Part shown: positions 58,371 to 64,000 of the stretch, piece by piece
Numbering within the stretch: position 1 is the first letter of the stretch
Layout: every line of letters starts with the position of its first letter
Assembly: GCA_019347715.1 (NCBI GenBank)
Contig: JAHWKU010000002.1
Location: 211,510 to 275,509 of the forward strand
Direction: 5' to 3'
Length of the DNA stretch: 64,000 nt
Source of the DNA: Actinomycetota bacterium
GTDB lineage: Bacteria; Actinomycetota; CADDZG01; JAHWKV01
Notes under the pieces: generated by a model
Seen by the model: the letters and a program-made list of their open reading frames with translations, nothing else
Told to the model about the DNA's origin: nothing
Databases searched by the model: none
Made by a program: the position numbers and the translations under genes

Positions 58371-59012
58371 ATGGCGCAGGCCGAAATTGCAGGGGATGAG
58401 ATCAGGATCGTAATCGCAGACGATCACCCCTCCTATGCCAGAGGCGTCGGCCTCCTTTTGAATTCAATGGCCCCGGAGATCGAGCTAGTGGGAACCGCCG
58501 GAAGCGCCGCCGAGGCGATCAAGCTCGTCGAGAAGTCCGTGCCGGACCTGATCCTCATGGATATTCAGATGCCGGGTGGAGGCATTGAAGCGACCAGACA
58601 GATCTCCGAAGAGTTTCCTGCCGTGAAGGTTGTGATGCTAACGGTGTCCGAGGACGACGAGGACATCTTCGATGCGATGAAAGCAGGAGCGAGCGGATTC
58701 TTGCCAAAGCAAGTCGAAGTCGACGAGCTCGTTGCTGCAATTAGAGCGGTCCATCGTGGCCAGGTCGTCGTGTCCCCGCTGGTGGCAGACAAGCTTCTGA
58801 GATCGGCGCCAGATGAAAGAGTTGGGCTACTGGACGTCGAGCGTTCGCTGCTCAAGTTGGTGGCGGAGGGCCGTGACAATCCCGATATCGGCAGGGAGAT
58901 GGGCATGAGCGAAGCAACCGTGAAGAGGGTCCTCAAGAACGTCGTCCAGAAACTTCACCTACACAATCGCGTGCAAGCCGCGGTCTATGCGGCCAAGAAG
59001 GGCTGGGTCTGA
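58371..59012 (+). CDS. NarL/LuxR-family response regulator (orphan)
   Basis: IADDH, LMDIQMP, MLT, GFLPK; C-terminal HTH with NRVQAAVYA. Confidence 0.92.
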   Translation: MAQAEIAGDEIRIVIADDHPSYARGVGLLLNSMAPEIELVGTAGSAAEAIKLVEKSVPDLILMDIQMPGGGIEATRQISEEFPAVKVVMLTVSEDDEDIFDAMKAGASGFLPKQVEVDELVAAIRAVHRGQVVVSPLVADKLLRSAPDERVGLLDVERSLLKLVAEGRDNPDIGREMGMSEATVKRVLKNVVQKLHLHNRVQAAVYAAKKGWV

Positions 59013-59035
59013 CGCTCGTATACTTGGCCATTCAC

Positions 59036-59107
59036 GGGCGCATGGCTCAGGGGTAGAGCGCTGCCTTCACACGGCAGAGGTCCGAGGTTCAAATCCTCGT
59101 GCGCCCA
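59036..59107 (+). tRNA. tRNA-Val(CAC)
   Basis: GGGCGCA acceptor stem, CTGCC-TTCACAC-GGCAG. Confidence 0.96.
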
Positions 59108-59125
59108 CAAATTTTATTTTGCAGA

Positions 59126-59302
59126 TTATTTTGCAGATCCAGCCTTCTCCAGACGTTCTTTCGCCTTCTTCTGTCCGTCTTCGGGGAGGTCCTCGATCTT
59201 TTGTCCTTCCGGCTGGCAGCAGTGGCCATCGGCGTGCGCGTGCTCAGTGTAGGTACGCCCGTCGCAGCACCATCCCTTGCTTGTGTCTAGATCATCAGCC
59301 AT
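59126..59302 (-). CDS. 58-aa Cys/His-rich small protein, below the ORF-track cutoff
   Basis: AAAGGAGAAGG RBS; MADDLDTSKGWCCDGRTYTEHAHADGHCCQPEGQKIEDLPEDGQKKAKERLEKAGSAK. Confidence 0.75.
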   Translation of the reverse strand: MADDLDTSKGWCCDGRTYTEHAHADGHCCQPEGQKIEDLPEDGQKKAKERLEKAGSAK

Positions 59303-59402
59303 GACCTTCTCCTTTCTCGGTTGGTCTTGTGCGTACCCTCATCTGGCGAACTTTATTCGCGGGTAGGCTTTGGCTGAAAACGAGGAATTAGCAGGAGGAA
59401 AT

Positions 59403-60425
59403 ATGGCTGCCACGGAACTGAACGAGATAGCAAAGCAGATGGTCGCTCCCGGAAAGGGGATCCTTGCCGCCGATGAGAGCGATGGAACCATCCAAAAGAG
59501 GTTCAAGAGCATTAACGTCGAATCCACGGAAGAAAATCGCAGAGCCTACCGTCAGATGTTGTTCACCACACAGGGAGCCGAAGAGTTCGTCAGCGGAGTG
59601 ATCCTCTTCGACGAGACCATTCGTCAGAACGGCGACGATGGGACTCCCCTTAGGGAGGTCCTGACCAAGAAAGGAATCCTTCCGGGGATCAAAGTCGACA
59701 AGGGCGCCAAGGATCTCGCGGGGGCTCCCGGGGAGCAGGTGACCGAGGGTCTCGACGGTTTGAGAGAGCGCCTTAGCGAATACCGGGAGTTGGGTGCCAA
59801 GTTCACTAAGTGGCGCGCGGTGATAGCCATCGGTGAAGGACTTCCCTCACGTTATTGCATCGAGACCAATGCCCATGCCCTGGCACGATATGCAGCGCTT
59901 AGCCAGGATGCAGGTCTGGTCCCAATTGTGGAGCCAGAGGTCCTAATAGACGGTTCCCATTCGATTGAACAATGTTATGAGGCCACCGAAGCGACCTTGA
60001 AGGAGGTGTATCACCAGCTGTTCCACCATCGAGTAGTTCTCGAGGGAACCGTCCTTAAGCCGAACATGGTTGTGAGCGGCAAGAGCGCGGGGAAGCAGGC
60101 AGGTAGTGAGCAGGTTGCCGAGTTGACCGTCAAGTGCCTCCGAAACTGTGTGCCGGCAGCCGTGCCGGGCATCGTCTTTCTCTCAGGTGGTCTAAGTGAG
60201 GAAGTCGCAACCGCCCATCTGAATGCCATGAATCAGATCGGCCCCCATCCTTGGGAGCTCTCCTTTTCGTACGGGCGGGCCCTTCAAGCTTCAGCACTCG
60301 AGGCTTGGAAGGGTGAGGCCTCCAATCTTCAAGCCGGCCAGGAGGCATTTCTTCACCGGGCGAAGATGAACGGGGCCGCGCGGTTCGGCAAATACTCCGA
60401 CGAAATGGAGAGGGGAGCAGCCTAG
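59403..60425 (+). CDS. Class I (eukaryote-like) fructose-bisphosphate aldolase
   Basis: GKGILAADES, KWR, VPIVEPEV, LKPNMV, FLSGG, FSYGRALQ. Confidence 0.95.
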   Translation: MAATELNEIAKQMVAPGKGILAADESDGTIQKRFKSINVESTEENRRAYRQMLFTTQGAEEFVSGVILFDETIRQNGDDGTPLREVLTKKGILPGIKVDKGAKDLAGAPGEQVTEGLDGLRERLSEYRELGAKFTKWRAVIAIGEGLPSRYCIETNAHALARYAALSQDAGLVPIVEPEVLIDGSHSIEQCYEATEATLKEVYHQLFHHRVVLEGTVLKPNMVVSGKSAGKQAGSEQVAELTVKCLRNCVPAAVPGIVFLSGGLSEEVATAHLNAMNQIGPHPWELSFSYGRALQASALEAWKGEASNLQAGQEAFLHRAKMNGAARFGKYSDEMERGAA

Positions 60426-61510
60426 AGGCGTTCGATCGCCGGAGCATTCTTGCTGGCGATCATCACCCTTAGGTCCCCGAGACCGCCGGAGCGATAAAGA
60501 GCAGTAAGCGCAGAGCGCTCGGCCATAAGACGAACGGCTTCTGCACCAAGGCCCTGCTCCTGTGCGGAATGCTGCGCTTGCCTCAGTTGCTCTTCGACAT
60601 CGGCTGCTCCGAGTTCAATCAACATCTGCCGCTGGGTTCGCACCGGGCTCACATTCCATCCCAGGCCTTCGAGTGATCGGCCGAGATGCGAAAAGTTAAC
60701 GTGAGCCGTTATGTCTCTGCGGCCGGGCTGGCGAAGGACCTCTAGATGCAGACCGTCCGTCCCATAGGAGACAAGTGATCCTGCAGGACGGCGAGTCCAC
60801 AGATCCGGTTCCACGTCGCCATAGTCGATTATCAGTAGATAGCCCCGGCCGATCACGGCCGACGCATCCTCTGCGAATTCGTCGGCGGCTAGGTTCACCT
60901 CGAATCGATCGCCGATCTCGAGGTGGCCCATTGCATTCGAAGCATGGGCTTTGAGCCTCGGGTCGCTCGGGGGGCCAAGCTCCTCTGCTAAAGATCCATC
61001 GGTCGCCCGGACATAGATTTCCGCAACTCCGCCCTCGACGACCTCGAGCAGGTGAACTGGGAAGTTATCCAGGACCTCGTTCGCAAAGATGCAGCCATCT
61101 CCGGGTGAGACTTCTCTCAAGGAGGGTGCCCATTCAACTCCATTGTGCTCTCGCAGTGCCTCCCTCTGGCGAGTTGCGATTTCCTTGAATCGTTCGACCA
61201 CCGCCCAGCGAGTCGACGAAGCTGCATCGATCGATTCCAGAACGGATGCAGCGAGGCTTGCGGACCCGGCCCCCAACTCCACCACCCTGAACTCACTGGA
61301 TCCCCCCATCGCGTGCTGCATGGCGACGAACAGCTTGACTAAGAGTCTTCCGAACCAGGGGGAGAGAGACGGGGAAGTCCGATAGTCATCGTCGGGTCCG
61401 GGAATGTGATGGGCGTAGTAGCCGTGGTGCGGATCGTAGAGCGCGAGGCCCATGTATTCGGCGAAGGTGATCGGGCCCCGTTTCTCGATCAGTTCAACGA
61501 TCGAGCCCAC
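60422..61510 (-). CDS. MidA/NDUFAF7-family SAM-dependent methyltransferase
   Basis: FAEYMGLALY...GYY, ELGAG, ANEVLDNFP, IDYG, DITAHVNF; GTG 61510. Confidence 0.9.
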   Translation of the reverse strand: MGSIVELIEKRGPITFAEYMGLALYDPHHGYYAHHIPGPDDDYRTSPSLSPWFGRLLVKLFVAMQHAMGGSSEFRVVELGAGSASLAASVLESIDAASSTRWAVVERFKEIATRQREALREHNGVEWAPSLREVSPGDGCIFANEVLDNFPVHLLEVVEGGVAEIYVRATDGSLAEELGPPSDPRLKAHASNAMGHLEIGDRFEVNLAADEFAEDASAVIGRGYLLIIDYGDVEPDLWTRRPAGSLVSYGTDGLHLEVLRQPGRRDITAHVNFSHLGRSLEGLGWNVSPVRTQRQMLIELGAADVEEQLRQAQHSAQEQGLGAEAVRLMAERSALTALYRSGGLGDLRVMIASKNAPAIERL

Positions 61511-61512
61511 TG

Positions 61513-61857
61513 TTACAGCGGCTTGGGGGCGGAGCGCGCTTCTTTTTCGGCTTCCTCGATCCGAGTCTCGTACCACTTGCTTTTCTCGGGGTAAGTCCGA
61601 ACGGAGGCTAGAGAGGCCCTCGCCACACGGATCACATCTTGGTGCTGCCGCCGGCCCTGATAGATGAATATGAGCCTGTCGTATGGACCTGCAGCATCGA
61701 ACTTCGCCGTCACCGCTTGCTCGTATAGCGCGATGGCCTCATCGATCCTGCCGACCTGCTCTAGGTTTTGGCCCCGGAGAAAGTCTCGAACGATCTGGTC
61801 CGTCGAAGGTGAATCCGAAGGCGCGGTCTCATCGCTATTTCGGGAGAAGATACCCAT
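61513..61857 (-). CDS. Small TPR-like protein
   Basis: GQNLEQVGRIDEAIALYE...PYDRLIFIY helical repeat. Confidence 0.7.
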   Translation of the reverse strand: MGIFSRNSDETAPSDSPSTDQIVRDFLRGQNLEQVGRIDEAIALYEQAVTAKFDAAGPYDRLIFIYQGRRQHQDVIRVARASLASVRTYPEKSKWYETRIEEAEKEARSAPKPL

Positions 61858-61881
61858 GACAAGTAGGCTAACCTGAAGAGC

Positions 61882-63141
61882 ATGCTTGCGAAGGCCATCA
61901 AGGCGTTCTTGATTGTTTTGCTCTTCCAGCTTCCTGGTCCACCCGCTGCGGGGGCCGAAGCCGATCCGTTCCTCACTCTAGATGAAGAGCTGCAAGCCGT
62001 AGCTGATGCTCGTGCCGAAGCAGTGAACTCCCGCGATCGAGCCGCCTTCTTGAGGTCTGTGGATCCGTCTTCCCCCGAATACCGTTCCCGGCAGGCCGAC
62101 TGGTTCGACAGCCTCACTTCAACGCCAGTGGTCGACTATTCCCTGACCGTGGATTTCGATCTCTACGGGAGTCATGCCCGTGCCCAAGATCGTGAGCGTT
62201 ATGGCGCGCCGGTCATCGTTACCAGCGTTGAGCAGAGGTTCGCTTTTGAGGGTTACCAGGAGGAGCCTGCCCTCTCGGAGCTGATGGTGACCTTTGTTAA
62301 GCGGGAGGCCGGCTGGGTCTTTGCGTCCGACTCGGACCTCGACGATCTTGGTTTCTTCTCGGAAAGATACCCATGGGACTTCGGACCGGTCCAAGTCAGT
62401 ACGAGTGCCAGCTTCATCATCCTTTCCCACCCGAGCCAGGCAGAATTCGCGGCAGCTCTGTTGCCTCTGGCCGAAGCAGCCATCCCTCAAGTGGATGCAA
62501 TCTGGCTCAAGCCTTGGACGAAAAAGATCCCAATCATCGTGCCTTCGAACAGCGATGAGCTGGCGAAGATACTTGCCACTACGATCGACGTTTCCAAATT
62601 CGTAGCATTCGCCGTTAGAGGAGTGGACAATGAAGAAGATTGGGAATTCACTCCTAGGTTCATCATTATCAACCGGGAACGGTTCGACAGGTACTCTCCC
62701 GAATTGAGGCAGTCCATATTTGCTCACGAACTACTCCATATAGCTACGGCGGAATACCTAGGGCCATTCACTTCGGTTTGGATCGAGGAAGGACTCGGTC
62801 GCCTGGCGGAAACCCCCCGTCCGGGCGACGCTCAGTTCTTCCAGCGCCGTGTTCAGTCGGGACGATTCGACGATCGCATCCCCGACGACCTGGAGTTCGT
62901 TTCAGGAAGCGCCACCGACATATTCGCCGTATATCAGGAGTCTCAATCCGTGGTTGCTTATCTTCAGAAGAGATTCGGTACGGAGAAGCTGAATGACTTC
63001 TATGTGAGGCTGGGTGAGGCAAGAAACGAAATCGGAACCATGCACTTTCATGTCGACCAGGCTATGCGGGAAGTACTCCTTATCAGCTTTGAGGACTTTC
63101 AGCGGGACTGGGTCCAAGCTGTGAGAAATGGCGGAGCCTGA
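61882..63141 (+). CDS. Secreted gluzincin/peptidase-MA-like protein
   Basis: Signal peptide, HELLH...WIEEG; same architecture as 40865-42140. Confidence 0.75.
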   Translation: MLAKAIKAFLIVLLFQLPGPPAAGAEADPFLTLDEELQAVADARAEAVNSRDRAAFLRSVDPSSPEYRSRQADWFDSLTSTPVVDYSLTVDFDLYGSHARAQDRERYGAPVIVTSVEQRFAFEGYQEEPALSELMVTFVKREAGWVFASDSDLDDLGFFSERYPWDFGPVQVSTSASFIILSHPSQAEFAAALLPLAEAAIPQVDAIWLKPWTKKIPIIVPSNSDELAKILATTIDVSKFVAFAVRGVDNEEDWEFTPRFIIINRERFDRYSPELRQSIFAHELLHIATAEYLGPFTSVWIEEGLGRLAETPRPGDAQFFQRRVQSGRFDDRIPDDLEFVSGSATDIFAVYQESQSVVAYLQKRFGTEKLNDFYVRLGEARNEIGTMHFHVDQAMREVLLISFEDFQRDWVQAVRNGGA

Positions 63142-63190
63142 TCCGAGCCGCAGCGCACCGTCGTTCGATCCTGCTTGATAATGTGCGCCC

Positions 63191-64000
63191 ATGACGAATC
63201 CGGAAGCAGTCTCAGAAGGCGCCTGTTACCGATTGCCGGACGGCTCTTTGGTGGACGTGGCTTCCTCGCCTTCCTCGGGTGAGCTGATAAGCCAGAGCGA
63301 TCCGGTCGGACGCGAGGTCGTAAGGCATTCGACGGCCCACGTCTTGGCTCAAGCCGTACTTTCCTTGTATCCGGGGGCGAAGTACGCGATCGGCCCGCCG
63401 GTTTCCGATCCCCCCGGCTTCTATTACGACTTCGACATCGGCAGGCCTTTCACTCCAGAAGACCTGGAACAGATAGAAGCGAAGATGCGCGAGATCATCG
63501 AGGCCGACCAACCCTTTACTCGGGAGGAAGTCACTATCACCGTGGCTCTCGACCTTTTCGCGGATCAGCCCTATAAGCGAGAGATTCTGGAAGGCATCGG
63601 CGAGGAATCGGCAAGCGAGGGAGTAGCCGGCGACAAGGTGTCCCTTTACCGCAACGATGGCTTCGTCGATCTCTGCCGGGGGCCCCACCTTCCATCAACC
63701 GGACGAATCCACGCGTTCCAGCTGCTCAAGACCTCAGGCGCATATTGGCGAGGTGACGAGAAGCGCCAGATGCTGCAGCGGATCTACGGGACCGCATGGG
63801 AATCGCAGGAGGCACTGGATGATTACCTTCAACGCAAAGATGAAGCCGAGCAAAGAGACCACGTAAGGCTCGGTCGCCAGCTCGAGATCTTTGCGAATTT
63901 CAGCCAGCTCCCGGCGGGCTTTCCGGTGTGGCTGCCCAAGGGCGCAACCATCAGGAGGTTGTTGGAAGAGTTCATCCTCGAGGAGGAGAGGCGCGCCGGC
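63191..64000 (+). CDS. thrS: Threonyl-tRNA synthetase (runs off the window end)
   Basis: RHSTAHVLAQAV, GFYYDFD, DLCRGPH, SGAYWRG, LQRIYGT, RDH read from ATG 63191. Confidence 0.95.
   Translation, partial: MTNPEAVSEGACYRLPDGSLVDVASSPSSGELISQSDPVGREVVRHSTAHVLAQAVLSLYPGAKYAIGPPVSDPPGFYYDFDIGRPFTPEDLEQIEAKMREIIEADQPFTREEVTITVALDLFADQPYKREILEGIGEESASEGVAGDKVSLYRNDGFVDLCRGPHLPSTGRIHAFQLLKTSGAYWRGDEKRQMLQRIYGTAWESQEALDDYLQRKDEAEQRDHVRLGRQLEIFANFSQLPAGFPVWLPKGATIRRLLEEFILEEERRAG

Noticed and set aside
50902-59108. Identical 3' ends (about 33 bp) of the two tRNA-Val genes as attL/attR of an 8-kb island
   Set aside because: Both are complete tRNAs with different anticodons and no integrase is present; isoacceptor similarity explains the match
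59114-59137. TTATTTTGCAGA tandem duplication after tRNA-Val(CAC) as a target-site duplication
   Set aside because: Nothing lies between the two copies; more likely a local slippage or scar

Overview
GC-rich bacterial chromosome segment, most likely from a deep-branching Actinomycetota lineage. This is an inference from GAAC-N4-GTTC LexA boxes, an actinobacterial-type pnp leader, a ClpC1-like N-domain and a BldN-like sigma, alongside rny, dapL and an archaeal-type ProRS. Bases 1-47,100 are mostly core genes: tsf-pyrH-frr-cdsA-dxr-rseP-proS, rimP-nusA-infB-rbfA-truB-ribF-rpsO-pnp, dapB-dapA-ftsK, pgsA-cinA-recA-recX-rny-miaB-miaA-dapF-dapL-hflX and lexA/LysM-nrdJ-nrdR-dut. Bases 47,150-59,300 are an accessory region interleaved with four tRNAs, and the window ends in fba, midA and a partial thrS. 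Main observations: (1) an apparent Met-sensing leader-peptide attenuator in front of a divergent metG; (2) two paralogous LAATG-anchored surface proteins with an unrecognised Cys/Asp-rich domain and VLG repeats, one behind a sigma28/WhiG-like promoter and a c-di-GMP-II riboswitch and close to a BldN-like sigma and an orphan response regulator; (3) a DapF with both catalytic Cys replaced by Ser; (4) two candidate structured RNAs; (5) an HTH_17-ClpC N-domain fusion; (6) an unannotated 58-aa Cys/His protein. All calls come from reading the sequence by eye; no database searches were run.
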